From NCBI GenBank assembly GCA_019828565.1, contig JAHDYR010000011.1, positions 483,314 through 547,313 of the forward strand: a stretch of 64,000 nucleotides of DNA, read 5' to 3'. Under the pieces are notes generated by a model. The model worked only from the letters and a program-made list of their open reading frames with translations. It searched no databases and was not told the origin of the DNA. This DNA is from Carpediemonas membranifera BICM. Its lineage: Eukaryota; Protista; Fornicata. This document shows, one piece after another, positions 1-10,179 of this stretch. A program made the translations under genes and the position numbers. Each line of letters opens with the position of its first letter. Position 1 is the first letter of the stretch.

Positions 1-407
1 ACATGAAGGAGAGGTTGAAGATATCGTTGAGGATGAACCATTGGCCGTTAGCCGGGCACAGTGTGAACACCTGCGAGAACATCATAGGGTGCTCGCTATC
101 ATCATCGGCGATGAGCTGGCCGGAGACGAAGACGAGGATGCTGTCGTTGACGGTGGGCTGGATGTTGATGTTGAGGCCCTCGACGTCGTGCTGGACCTTG
201 CGGAAAGAAAGCGAGGTAAGCTTCTCCATAATAGCAGTGGTGCCCATAGCCTGGGCGCCAGAGAACGTGAGCATGGAGTTAGCCTGCTGTGTGAGAATTA
301 GGGTCAGTGGAACGAACGTAAAGGCTCGCGAGGTTAGAACGGTCAGTATCGAAGGTCTGGTAGTAGAACTTGACGAAAGCAGTGCCAATCTGGACCGGGT
401 CGCTCAT
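1..407 (-). CDS. NTF2: Nuclear transport factor 2 (2 exons: 407-318, 286-<1; stop lies just outside the window)
   Basis: Not in the ORF track. Manual translation after removing a 31-nt intron gives MSDPVQIGTAFVKFYYQTFDTDRSNLASLY|QANSMLTFSG...EKLTSLSF...ILVFVSGQL...PMMFSQVF...FILNDIF, the canonical NTF2 sequence. Confidence 0.93.
287..317 (-). other. Spliceosomal intron, 31 nt (NTF2)
   Basis: GTTCGT...TTCTCACACAG; removal restores the NTF2 frame (phase 0). Confidence 0.9.
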
Positions 408-466
408 GGAACAGCAGAACTCAGAATCAGAAATTTCCAGCGTGCAGGATAAGAACAAATCTCCTA

Positions 467-492
467 TGCTATTGAAGGGTCGAAAAATGTGT
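467..492 (-). repeat. Dispersed 26-bp motif, copy A
   Basis: ACACATTTTTCGACCCTTCAATAGCA on the minus strand; 25/26 identical to copy B (9564-9589). Confidence 0.85.
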
Positions 493-518
493 TTATACTG
501 CGCAACATCTCCTGGGCT

Positions 519-1307
519 CTAAGCCGTGTAGCCGCTGCAGAGTACCGCGCCGTTGGAGACAGACCCGAGGGCGGGGAACTGCGCGTCCTTGACGACCTTT
601 CCGCCCTTGCGAGCCTTATCGCCTCTGGGCTTGCCGCCCTTCTTGGTGTTCTTACTCTTGTCGCCTCTAGGTCCACGCTGGCGGTAGAACCACACTGGCA
701 TCGCCTTAGACACGTCGAAGTCAGCCACCTCAAGGCCATCAGCTCTGGCAGCGTCGAGGAAGGTCTTCATTGGAAGAGCGGGCTTGATGGTCACAGACAC
801 GGCCTTGTCGCCGACAACGAGCTCCTGGTTCTTCTGGACGAACATACTCGCCTGCTTCTCGGTGGGGAACGTCGCGGTCCATGTTGTGGGATCGATTTGC
901 GCGAGCTCGGGCTTGGTCTCGTCAAAGAGAGCAAGGACATCCGTCTCAGTGGAGCTAGAAGGCAGCTGCTTCATCAGGACAACGTCCTTCTTTGAGTGCT
1001 CGACCTTGGGGCTGACGAGAACACGGTCCTCGGTGACGAAGAGACCGCTTTTCTTGAGAGCCGTGATGAAGAGATCGAAGTCGTTGGTGATGGCCTGGAT
1101 CTTGTGGAAGTTAAATACAACATCTGTTGGGAGCTGCATGTTTGTGGTCATCTTGGAGAGCATGAATGTGTCCTTGACGAGGTTCTGGCGAGAGAAGTAG
1201 AAGGAAATCTGCTTGACGAGCATTTCCATGCACTCATCTTCTGATATCTGTGCTTTCAGCTGCGCATACTCAACAATCTCTTGTGAAGGTACGAAAGTGA
1301 ACGGCAT
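519..1307 (-). CDS. La-motif + RRM protein, LARP4-like
   Basis: La motif LVKQISFYFSRQNLVKDTFM...FHKIQAIT, then an RRM-like segment (VVLMKQLP...TWTATFPTE). First ATG is at 1307. Confidence 0.75.
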   Translation of the reverse strand: MPFTFVPSQEIVEYAQLKAQISEDECMEMLVKQISFYFSRQNLVKDTFMLSKMTTNMQLPTDVVFNFHKIQAITNDFDLFITALKKSGLFVTEDRVLVSPKVEHSKKDVVLMKQLPSSSTETDVLALFDETKPELAQIDPTTWTATFPTEKQASMFVQKNQELVVGDKAVSVTIKPALPMKTFLDAARADGLEVADFDVSKAMPVWFYRQRGPRGDKSKNTKKGGKPRGDKARKGGKVVKDAQFPALGSVSNGAVLCSGYTA

Positions 1308-1529
1308 TGATCCCGTTGCGTTCTTCTGAGTAAAAAAGTTTTTCTGCAGTGGCCCAAGCAAGCTCTCAGCATCGGCGGCAGACAATATAGAGGCATGCCG
1401 CCACGTATCATGGCGCTAGAGGGTGCGTGGAGGGCACCGGACACATGCCCCAGCCATATATCCCCCCCACCAAGGGAGACAACAGCATGACACGCTTAAC
1501 CGATTTTTAAAGCATTAAACCGCGAACAG

Positions 1530-3011
1530 TCACCGCCTCTCTGGAAGCAGCTCCGTGTCACTAAACTGGGCACTCCTTGCCCTTGTCCCGAGTCTCAGCA
1601 ATGACCCGTTGGCCGTTGTAACCACATCATGGCCAACTCCCAGCAAGCTGTCTGCCGCACTCAGGATAGACGTGGTCCTGATCCCATCAGTGGCATACAA
1701 CACTCCCCGGGCAAGCGTGAGTGCGAGACCCATACCAATGGGCAAGAACTGCTGCGCAGGTACGGACTGAGCGCACACCGGTGTGGCCGGGCCATCGCCA
1801 CACGCCCCATGGGCCACACAGTGGAGCCTGCCCCTGCAGTGGACCCAGCCCTGGTACTCCCCTGACCTCCACTCCACCTGATGCCCCGTGATTACCGACG
1901 GGGCGACCCATGGCGTGCCTAGTCGCAGCACCGGTCTCCTTATGTCCACGACGGTCAGGGTGTCACTACTCTGGACAGACAGCACAGGTGCGAGTGTCGA
2001 GGGTGTGTGGGCATTCATCCAGGGAACGGTGCGGTTGACCACGCCAACAGTGAGGGGAGCTCGACCGACACGGATGGAGAGAGCCGGCTTGGGCTGTCGG
2101 GTGTCCCACAGATACATCCGACCGCCAGCCCCGCCGACTATCAGCGTGTTCGCGTCATGTTGAAGCAACGACCTCCCCTCCACTCCGAGCTCTGCAAGTC
2201 GGGCAGTGGGTCTGAGCGGCGTATGGACGACCACGGTGCGCGAACTCATGGATGCCCACGAGTCCTGGGCCAGCGGTGTCGATGCAGTTACTGCCCCACG
2301 GTGCACTGTTGGCCATGAGGTTGGAACGATCTTGCCCTTGTTCATACTGACGAAAAGAGCACCAGACTCGAGACCGAGGAGAGCCATGCGTCCCTTGGCT
2401 GAGAGAGAGGTCGCAGGTACAGGGTGGCGGTGGATGTGGGTCGGCTTGGGCGATCTGAGGGTCTGCCCGTCCGTGGGGATCAGGGCAAGCGTGTCTGTCG
2501 ACCCGCAGACCAGGAGACCGTCGTCCACAGCGGCTGCATGTGCTATAGCAATGGGACATGGGGCTGCCTGCCATGTGCTTGGATTGTAAAGGGAGTGGAG
2601 GTCGGTGAGGAGCTCTGGGGCCTCATACTCGCCAAGAGTAGTCAAGTCGGACGAGAAGAGGTTCCAGATCGATGTAGAGTACCCGTGGTGTGCGTAGCTG
2701 ACGTTCACTGGTGATAGCAGCTCGATGAATACGTCTGCGTCGACCAGGGCGAGAGTGGCTGCTTCATGAAGCATGCTTGGCAGCCAGATATCGTCGAATG
2801 GACACAACAAACGCCTCCATATGCGCATTCGTATTCTCAGTGGAAGTCCATGGTAGTAGCAAGACAGGACGAATGGTTCTTCGTCGTCTGAGCTACTCTC
2901 TTCAGCCCATCCATGATGCACGATGTGCTGGGCGTCATCAAGCATCGAGAAGGCCTTAAATTCGCTTCCACCGTATCCTGGAGGGAAAGAGGTCATCATA
3001 CCACTTCCCAT
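1530..3011 (-). CDS. Divergent WD40-repeat protein, possible N-terminal F-box
   Basis: 493-aa ORF with WD-like LIVGGAGGRMYLWDTR and LTVVDIR; GLPLRIRMRIWRRL resembles an F-box start. Confidence 0.5.
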   Translation of the reverse strand: MGSGMMTSFPPGYGGSEFKAFSMLDDAQHIVHHGWAEESSSDDEEPFVLSCYYHGLPLRIRMRIWRRLLCPFDDIWLPSMLHEAATLALVDADVFIELLSPVNVSYAHHGYSTSIWNLFSSDLTTLGEYEAPELLTDLHSLYNPSTWQAAPCPIAIAHAAAVDDGLLVCGSTDTLALIPTDGQTLRSPKPTHIHRHPVPATSLSAKGRMALLGLESGALFVSMNKGKIVPTSWPTVHRGAVTASTPLAQDSWASMSSRTVVVHTPLRPTARLAELGVEGRSLLQHDANTLIVGGAGGRMYLWDTRQPKPALSIRVGRAPLTVGVVNRTVPWMNAHTPSTLAPVLSVQSSDTLTVVDIRRPVLRLGTPWVAPSVITGHQVEWRSGEYQGWVHCRGRLHCVAHGACGDGPATPVCAQSVPAQQFLPIGMGLALTLARGVLYATDGIRTTSILSAADSLLGVGHDVVTTANGSLLRLGTRARSAQFSDTELLPERR

Positions 3012-3146
3012 CCATCAGGCAGCACTCACGACGCAACCGAAATGTGCTTTAAAATGCGAAGAACGCTTCTTCTCCAGTTACGGAGGGCGCCACTGTAGTA
3101 GTATGCCGGATGTGATCTGTACACCCCATCCCAATCCCCAGCGCCC

Positions 3147-4784
3147 TTACTGCTCCACGCTCGGCAGTATGTTCTTACCGCTATGAGCCACGGCCAAGGC
3201 CAATGCCATGCCCACGAGCGGGGACAACGGCTTCCTGATATCCACATTGAACCTCCCATCTCTTCTCTTACCCATCACAAACACCGGCAGCCCATCAATC
3301 GGCGAATCCACGATGCAGTTCCTCGAAGACGCCATCTCGCACCGCCCATTCATCTCCAGCGAGTATCCCGTCTCCGTCTTACTCGGTGCTCTCGCAGTAA
3401 ACGTGGCGGGCAGCACTAGCGGCATCTCCAGGACATGGGGCGGGCTGACCGACATTGTCCCCGATGACGGCGACCCAGTGGCGCTGTTGGCTGGACTGCT
3501 GAAGTTTGACCCGACCGCCCGCCCGTGCTTGGGTGTCTTGAGTAGTGTGAGCACCGGTAATATGGGGGCCGTGGACAGAAGCCCCCCCGACTGGAAATTC
3601 ACCCGAGCCACAGTCGCATGGCCTGACCTGAGTTCGAACACGGTCCGGGTCAGATTAGACGTGACGGAGCCCAGCTCAACGCTTCGTTTGTTCGTACCCT
3701 GTACCTGTCTCAGCTTGAACTTCATGCGGGTTCCACTGCGAGTCTGTTTGGCAAAGATCACCACAGAGCCCTTGTCTGCGTGTAGCGCTAGTGTTGCCCA
3801 GCGGTGAATGCCGAGACGGCCAGTTTTCCGGGAGTACACGAATCTCACCAAGTCCTTGGCGTCTCCCATAAAGAGTATGAGTTGTGACCTATCCAACAGG
3901 AGCCGTTGGTGAGTTGTGTGGTCAGCGTACGGCGCCCACCTGGCCATCTCAACAGCCCCAGCCCCAGGCTCATGGTCCTCGGGCTCGCACTCCGAGCTCA
4001 TGTCAGTCGGGTCCGAGAGTAGAAAGGCCGCCAGCCGGAGCTTGGGGCTAGGGATGGCTGATGTGAACCCGCCCGGCGTGGGCAGCGTGCTTGTCGTGTC
4101 CTCAGTCTCAGTCAGGATCGAATCGGTGCTGCTCTCGCTGTGGTGGCCCAAGGCTGAGCCTACCGCCATGGTGTTGAGCTCCCCAGGCGGTGATGTACCT
4201 ATCCGTTTCATCCTAATGGTTGGGGACGTTGCAGGCCTGCCACCCTGCTCTGATGGGGACCCTGGGTCCGGGGCCTGCGTCTTGGACGTTGTCAGCGCTC
4301 CGAGGCGGTTCATCACAGATGTCATCACTGTGGACGCGTGGGAGGCCAGGGCAACGATCTTATCCTTCGTCTGACCGATGGCGTCCGTTGATTCAATGGG
4401 GCAGCTTGTGGTTTGCTCGGGGAGGGCGCGGCGGTTGAACGTCGGGATTCGATTCATACTCTCTGCCTTCTCGCGCTCCAGGTGGATCTGGTGGCTACGC
4501 ATGATCAGCTCGGCGTGGACCTTGCCATCGTCGGTTTCTTGGATCATGTACATGCGGTCAATCTCCTTCGTCATTTCGCGCTGGAGGACTATTGGCGCCT
4601 CGCCCTCATGGTGGGAATCGTATATGTTGTCGTTACTGTCGTAGTCGTCGAAGTCTCGAAGCCGTCGGTGCTGTAATGGCAGGATGTTTCGCGGTGGGCG
4701 GCTCCCAACAGAAACACGGCGAACGATGACCGGCCTTGCATGTTCTGATTCCTGATATCGCGATGATGACGGCTGTATTCGCAT
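3147..4784 (-). CDS. Tubby-domain protein
   Basis: C-terminus YSLEMNGRCEMASSRNC...FVMGKRRDGRFNVDIRKPLSPLVGMALALA matches the tubby C-terminal signature; N-half is low complexity. Confidence 0.8.
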   Translation of the reverse strand: MRIQPSSSRYQESEHARPVIVRRVSVGSRPPRNILPLQHRRLRDFDDYDSNDNIYDSHHEGEAPIVLQREMTKEIDRMYMIQETDDGKVHAELIMRSHQIHLEREKAESMNRIPTFNRRALPEQTTSCPIESTDAIGQTKDKIVALASHASTVMTSVMNRLGALTTSKTQAPDPGSPSEQGGRPATSPTIRMKRIGTSPPGELNTMAVGSALGHHSESSTDSILTETEDTTSTLPTPGGFTSAIPSPKLRLAAFLLSDPTDMSSECEPEDHEPGAGAVEMARWAPYADHTTHQRLLLDRSQLILFMGDAKDLVRFVYSRKTGRLGIHRWATLALHADKGSVVIFAKQTRSGTRMKFKLRQVQGTNKRSVELGSVTSNLTRTVFELRSGHATVARVNFQSGGLLSTAPILPVLTLLKTPKHGRAVGSNFSSPANSATGSPSSGTMSVSPPHVLEMPLVLPATFTARAPSKTETGYSLEMNGRCEMASSRNCIVDSPIDGLPVFVMGKRRDGRFNVDIRKPLSPLVGMALALAVAHSGKNILPSVEQ

Positions 4785-5256
4785 CTAGATGGCACAGAAT
4801 GCCACTTTTGCGAGAATATGAATCTGTGGTTTCCGACTCAAAGTAGTCGAGCTCAACCACAGCCGCGTCATGGCGCAACGAGTGTCGCTGTAGCCCCATC
4901 GGGCGCGATTGCACCGAATCGGAGTTTGCTTTCCCTTTTGGTGGTGAGTGCCGCCAGTTAAGTTGCCAGTCATTATTTTCGAGTGGCGGAGATCGCCGCC
5001 CACCAAAATAAACGACACACGAGTCGGAAGCAGGGTCCTACTGGGTGTCCTAGCCTCTTGATTCGCTTTTCTGAGTTTAGGCCATTTTTACAGGCCAGGA
5101 GGTAATTCTTATGCCTTTCGACGAAGATAGGACGTTTGTTGCTTTAGGAGGTGCGTTGTGGCCGTGTGAACGTGCAGATCAACCTATAACGATGTATTAC
5201 GATCATCTGTACCCCGTTCTGGACGCTTCCATCCTTCGGCTCCCCGTTTTACCCAG

Positions 5257-5457
5257 ATGGCTCAGTCTCACTACTTCTCCCACCCCCGTAACTTCGGTAA
5301 GGGTTCCCGTTCTTGCCGCGTCTGCGGTGCCCACCAGGGTCTGATCAGAAAGTACGACCTCATGGTTTGCCGTCGTTGCTTCCGTGAGTACGCCACTGAT
5401 CTTGGTTTCGCTAAGGTTTGTCCTCAATACGCCCTTCTCTTACCCTAGCTCAAGTAA
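5257..5457 (+). CDS. RPS29: 40S ribosomal protein S29 (uS14); exons 5257-5415, 5449-5457
   Basis: [16 protein letters not shown]...[19 protein letters not shown]...GFAK|LK* after splicing. Confidence 0.95.
5416..5448 (+). other. Spliceosomal intron, 33 nt (RPS29)
   Basis: GTTTGT...CTTACCCTAG; removal gives the normal short C-terminus. Confidence 0.8.
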
Positions 5458-5807
5458 TTCATGTGAATAAACTTGCGTCGAGCACGGATATGGAACAAGA
5501 AGGGTTGATTACAATGGTCCGATGGATGATAGCACGAGACTCGGCCCATCGCTCGCCTGATCTCTCCGGCCGGCTGCGATGGGGTCCCCTGGGCTCGGTC
5601 TCCCTCTTTGGTCGCTCCTTCAATCAATTAGCTTTGGCAAGGGTGAGATGAGCGGGATGACTCTATCGGAGTTCAACCCGACAGACCCGGTGATGATCGG
5701 CATGCCCCACGAGTATCAAGCGACATGTGTTCTTTACGTGTCAATTCTGACCGAGTCGAGTCGATTTTCGCGTTGACACGACCGTGACTTTTTGCAACGC
5801 ATATTTC

Positions 5808-7145
5808 ATGAACGAACAACAGCGTAAGGACTTTGAATACCTTGTTTCTCGTTACCAGAGCACAAAGGGTACCAAGATTGACTGGAACCGCGTTATTCCG
5901 CTCAGCAACGAAGATGATGAGCTGTGCATGTACAGCGAGCTCACTGAGCCCTCTCTGGAGGAAACCAAGACTCTTCTGGATCAGTTGGTTGTTCTCAAGC
6001 TCAACGGCGGCCTGGGAACCTCCATGGGCTGCACCGCTCCCAAGTCCACCATCGAGGTCCGCGACGACAGGTCCTTCCTCGACCTGATCGTCCAGCAGCT
6101 GCAGAGCCTCAACAAGCGTTACAGCGTCGATATTCCGCTCGTTCTCATGAACTCTTTCAGCACGAAGCCCTTTGTGGACGCCGACCTCCCCAAGTACGCC
6201 AGCACCGGCGTCACCATCCACACCTTCCTCCAGAACCAGTTCCCCCGTCTCAGCGCTGCTACTGAGCGCCCCATGACCGAGCTGACTGAGGACGATAAGG
6301 AGTACTGGTACCCTCCCGGCCACGGCGACGTTCTGACCTCCTTCATCCGCTCGGGCCTGCCTGAGGGCGCGCTCAAGGGCAAGAAGTACGTGTTCATCTC
6401 CAATGCCGACAATCTTGGAGGCACAGTCGATCCCATCCTCTTGAAGCACTTTAGCGCCATCGATGCCGAGTTCCTCTCCGAGCAGACTGACAAGACTCTC
6501 GCAGACGTCAAGGGCGGCACTTTGATCAAGTATGACGGCAAGGTGAAGCTCCTAGAGACCGCCCAGGTTCCTGCCGAGCATATGGACGATTTCTGTTCGA
6601 TCAACATGTTCAAAATCTTCAACACCAACAACATATGGATCAAAATACCCGCACTAGCTCGGGCTGTGGAGAGCGGACTCGACCTGGACATCATTGTCAA
6701 CCGAAAGACTGTGCCCACCCCATCTGGCGACGTCCCCGTCATCCAACTCGAGACGGCCGTCGGTGCAGGTATCTCATGCTTCAAGGGTGCCGGTGTTAAC
6801 GTGCCTAGGTCTCGTTTCCTCCCCGTGAAGACTACGAATGACCTCCTTCTGCTACAGTCGGACATCTTTGACGAGGAGGACGGGCTTGTGCGGCTCATCC
6901 CCACGCTCTCGGCCCAGCCCTCGGTCAAACTCGGACCGGAGTTCAAGCTGGTGCGGCAGTTCGACTCGAGATTCAGGGGGATCCCGTCTATCAAGCAGCT
7001 CAAGAGCCTCGAGATTGAGGGCGACGTCGTTGTCGGCAAGGATGTCACGCTCGTCGGAGACGTCGTCCTCAAGGGCGGCGAGAAGCCCCTCGTCATCCCG
7101 GACGGCGCCACTATCAGCGATCGCGTAGTTGACGGCGAGCTCTAA
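5808..7145 (+). CDS. UGP: UTP--glucose-1-phosphate uridylyltransferase (eukaryotic UGPase)
   Basis: Motifs KLNGGLGTSMGC..PKS, WYPPGHGD, SNADNLG, DVKGGTL, FNTNN, VPRSRFLPVK. First ATG is at 5808. Confidence 0.96.
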   Translation: MNEQQRKDFEYLVSRYQSTKGTKIDWNRVIPLSNEDDELCMYSELTEPSLEETKTLLDQLVVLKLNGGLGTSMGCTAPKSTIEVRDDRSFLDLIVQQLQSLNKRYSVDIPLVLMNSFSTKPFVDADLPKYASTGVTIHTFLQNQFPRLSAATERPMTELTEDDKEYWYPPGHGDVLTSFIRSGLPEGALKGKKYVFISNADNLGGTVDPILLKHFSAIDAEFLSEQTDKTLADVKGGTLIKYDGKVKLLETAQVPAEHMDDFCSINMFKIFNTNNIWIKIPALARAVESGLDLDIIVNRKTVPTPSGDVPVIQLETAVGAGISCFKGAGVNVPRSRFLPVKTTNDLLLLQSDIFDEEDGLVRLIPTLSAQPSVKLGPEFKLVRQFDSRFRGIPSIKQLKSLEIEGDVVVGKDVTLVGDVVLKGGEKPLVIPDGATISDRVVDGEL

Positions 7146-7279
7146 ATGTATGAATGCTTTTGATGATCTTTATTATCCGTCCGCACGCCGACAGGTGCCC
7201 TCTTCCCGTCACCACCAGTTCACGGAGGGCTTTTACTTTCCAGTCCATCGCCTCCTCCTCACCTGCCTGCTACGGCCAT

Positions 7280-9457
7280 TTAGAACGCCTTCTTACAAGC
7301 AGCCTTGACCTCCTTCTCGGTCACAGGGCCCGCGAGATCGTTCACGGCCCGGAACACGGCCGCCTTGAGATCGGCAGGGTGCAGCTTAGGCTCCTCGCCC
7401 TCATTCGCCCTGCAGTCGTTGAATATGGCCTCCATAGTGTCGTAGGTGACGTCGCCGACATCTCTGATTGCGACAGTGAGACTGCCGGCGAGAGGGATGA
7501 TGATGTGCTCGATGATGCCCATCACGGCGTACTCCTCGGGGACGCCGAGGGGACAGAAGAGCTGGTTGACGCGCTTCTTGAGACTGCGCTCGACCTCATC
7601 GAGGTAGATCGCCTGTTGCGGCGTCTTTTTCATCCGGGGAACCTCGCCAGCAGAGGACGCGAATGCACCTAGAAGGGGGTGGGTCATTAGACGCGGTGCT
7701 CTCCTGCCAACAAGCGGGGCGAGTCGAGCAGCTTCCTTGGCCACCATCGCCTTGTCTCCCCCAAAGATGCACACGTCGGTATCCCTGTACAGCACGTCGG
7801 CAATCCGGAGGACCCACGCGACGATGTGGGCAGCCCTCATCGTGTAGGGGTTCATGGGGTCGGGCTTGTCGTCCTCAACGGGCTTGAAGAACTCGAGGTG
7901 CTGGGGCATGAACTTGGCGACGACATCGTGCAGGGTCATCTTACGGGCAATCTCGATAACGAGATGCCAGTATTCGGGATCAGATAGGAACACTGACTCG
8001 GGAACCACAGTCGATTTGGAGTCGATTGAGTCGAGAGCGAGTCTGTAGTACTCAGTTCTGAGGCCAAGCTGGGCGATCTCGGCCTGGGGGGCGACTGGCT
8101 TCTTCTTCTTGTTCTTCTTGGGGATGGGGCCCTCGAGGAACTGGACCCAGTCATTGCAGACGACGGTAACCAGCTCGCCCTCCGTCGTCTTGCCATAAAC
8201 TGCCTTCTTGAGCAGCGAAACGAGCGTAGCCGGTCCGCTGGGAGTCACGGTGTCCAGGAAAGGTGTCTTAGCGGGCCCTGTAGGCGGGGTGGGGATGGGG
8301 GCAGTGCCGTCACGCTTGAAACCTTGTACCTCGGCTGCGAGGTTGCGAGCAAAGTCGTCTTCCCTGAAATGGGTGCGGATCGGCTCGAGGATGACGTTGA
8401 GAGCATCAGCAGTAGCCTGTTTCATCGCCTGCTCAGATATGGCACCCGCCTGGAACGCGGCGCCGACTTCAGCGGCATCAGTGAAGTCCTTGCCGTCGAT
8501 GGCAATGGAGCCAAGTCTGGGAATGATGATAAACTTGATGTAATCAAAGACAGGGTTGAGGGCGAGGTCGTCGGTTGGACAGTAGCCTGCCATGATCTTC
8601 ATGGTCACATCAGCGGCGTTGTCGTCCATAAAGATGGCAGACATCGGGTCAGACTTGGACATCTTCGCCTGGCCCTCCTTCAGCCCGAGGAGCATGTGGT
8701 GGGAGACGATGATAGGCTTCTCCCGCCGCCCGATGGTAGTACAGTAGTCTCGGGCGAGCATGTTCACCTTCCGCTGGTCCTTGCCGAGTTGGCAGATGTC
8801 GGACTTGAGGAAGAAGACATCTGAACACTGCATGGAGGGGTACAGGATCTGGGCGACCGAGAGTTGGTCTGACTCACCCCTGCCCATGATCTGGGAGCAC
8901 CGGACGAGGCGGTTCAGGGTGTTCTGGCGCAAGATGTCGAGGACTCGGCTCCAGTACTCAGGGGCTTGTTCGGCGATGTCCTCTGAGGCCCAGCGGAACT
9001 CGACCTTGTCCTCGGAGAGGTCCATGCCGCATGCCTTCCATACTTCGATGAAGTACTGGCCGCATTTGCGGATCTTCTCAAGGTCGCCGCCGAACTTGTC
9101 GTTCATGAGAGCAAACCAGTCGGCGATCCAGAAGACGAACTTGCAGCCCGCGTCGGTCATCTTGTTGACATTGATAGCCTTCATCAGACCTTGAGCGATG
9201 TGCATGCGTCCGGAGGGCTCAAAACCATCGTAGACAATTGGGACACGGCCTTCAGAGACACCATCCAAGAGGGCGTAGAAGCTGTCCTTCTGAGTGGGCT
9301 TCTGGGCCTCCACGGCGGGAATGATCTCCTCGCCGACGCTAGCGCAAAGCGCAACACGATCAAGAACCTCCTGCTTGAGCTCGGGAGCTTCTGTCACCTT
9401 CTGAGCGTCCTGCTTCGGCTTAGTAGCCGCTGCGTTGTTCTGCTTCGGCTCACTCAT
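7280..9457 (-). CDS. YARS: Tyrosyl-tRNA synthetase, double-length (pseudo-dimer) type
   Basis: YDGFEPSGRMHIAQG, YPSMQCSD, GKDQRKVNMLARDY and KMSKS in the N-half; degenerate second copy in the C-half. First ATG is at 9457. Confidence 0.93.
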   Translation of the reverse strand: MSEPKQNNAAATKPKQDAQKVTEAPELKQEVLDRVALCASVGEEIIPAVEAQKPTQKDSFYALLDGVSEGRVPIVYDGFEPSGRMHIAQGLMKAINVNKMTDAGCKFVFWIADWFALMNDKFGGDLEKIRKCGQYFIEVWKACGMDLSEDKVEFRWASEDIAEQAPEYWSRVLDILRQNTLNRLVRCSQIMGRGESDQLSVAQILYPSMQCSDVFFLKSDICQLGKDQRKVNMLARDYCTTIGRREKPIIVSHHMLLGLKEGQAKMSKSDPMSAIFMDDNAADVTMKIMAGYCPTDDLALNPVFDYIKFIIIPRLGSIAIDGKDFTDAAEVGAAFQAGAISEQAMKQATADALNVILEPIRTHFREDDFARNLAAEVQGFKRDGTAPIPTPPTGPAKTPFLDTVTPSGPATLVSLLKKAVYGKTTEGELVTVVCNDWVQFLEGPIPKKNKKKKPVAPQAEIAQLGLRTEYYRLALDSIDSKSTVVPESVFLSDPEYWHLVIEIARKMTLHDVVAKFMPQHLEFFKPVEDDKPDPMNPYTMRAAHIVAWVLRIADVLYRDTDVCIFGGDKAMVAKEAARLAPLVGRRAPRLMTHPLLGAFASSAGEVPRMKKTPQQAIYLDEVERSLKKRVNQLFCPLGVPEEYAVMGIIEHIIIPLAGSLTVAIRDVGDVTYDTMEAIFNDCRANEGEEPKLHPADLKAAVFRAVNDLAGPVTEKEVKAACKKAF

Positions 9458-9563
9458 TCGTTTCACGACTTGGCAATGACTGCGACCCAATCTCCGGAGA
9501 TTGGGCCCGATCTCGCTGCATCGGTCGTCCACGGACACAACTGCGTCACGAACCCGACCTCGC

Positions 9564-9589
9564 ACACATTGTTCGACCCTTCAATAGCA
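9564..9589 (+). repeat. Dispersed 26-bp motif, copy B
   Basis: ACACATTGTTCGACCCTTCAATAGCA. Confidence 0.85.
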
Positions 9590-9786
9590 CACGCCAATCG
9601 ACTTTAAACTGCGCACTCATGATCCTGTTCGCCCAGCTTCTAAGTCAGGCCACCAATGTCTGGCAGCTGTTCGACACTTCTGGATGCCGGCTGAGCCGTC
9701 GTGCAACTTTGCCGTGGGCCAGCAGTTTAAGGTATCGGCTGTGTGGTATTTAGAGGGTTTATGTGGAGGATTCATGTAAAGGTGAC

Positions 9787-9819
9787 TTAGACTCAACAAT
9801 TCTAATCCTACGCAGCACA
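9787..9819 (+). repeat. 33-bp direct repeat, copy 1
   Basis: TTAGACTCAACAATTCTAATCCTACGCAGCACA; 30/33 identical to 10703-10735. Confidence 0.85.
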
Positions 9820-10179
9820 CTACCTCCACTCACCCACTTCAGCCCTCATCTATACCATCAGGCTTTCGTGCTTTCAGTCGTCGGTCTGCACGAAAAGATG
9901 CGTCGTCCATCGTCTGTGTCGAACGCTGCTGTCTTCTTTCGCGTCTGTGCTCGTCTGTTACGCGCTCATCTGTCGTCCATTGCTGGCGTCTGAAGCTCAT
10001 GTCGTCGTCGTCTTCGTCATCTTCGTCTGTTGTGAGAGACACTAGTGGTGGAAAGCGGTTGTAACTAGTAGTAAAGACGCTTTGTGTTGTATGATGCTGG
10101 TTTCTTGTGTTTTGAGGGATGCTGCCAGCTGATGAACCCTGAAAAGAAATGATCGATGCAGGCAGCTCAATAGACTCCG

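Noticed and set aside
4785-4914. Possible upstream exon for the tubby gene
   Set aside because: The GT-AG combinations tested do not join the frames.
9570-9582. GTTCGACCC read as a tRNA T-loop
   Set aside because: No T-stem or cloverleaf can be formed, and copy A lacks the G. No tRNA gene was found in the window.
9818-10047. CACTA...TAGTG read as a CACTA element (or CTAG as a Helitron end)
   Set aside because: The inverted match is only 5 bp, there is no 3-bp TSD, and no subterminal hairpin was seen.
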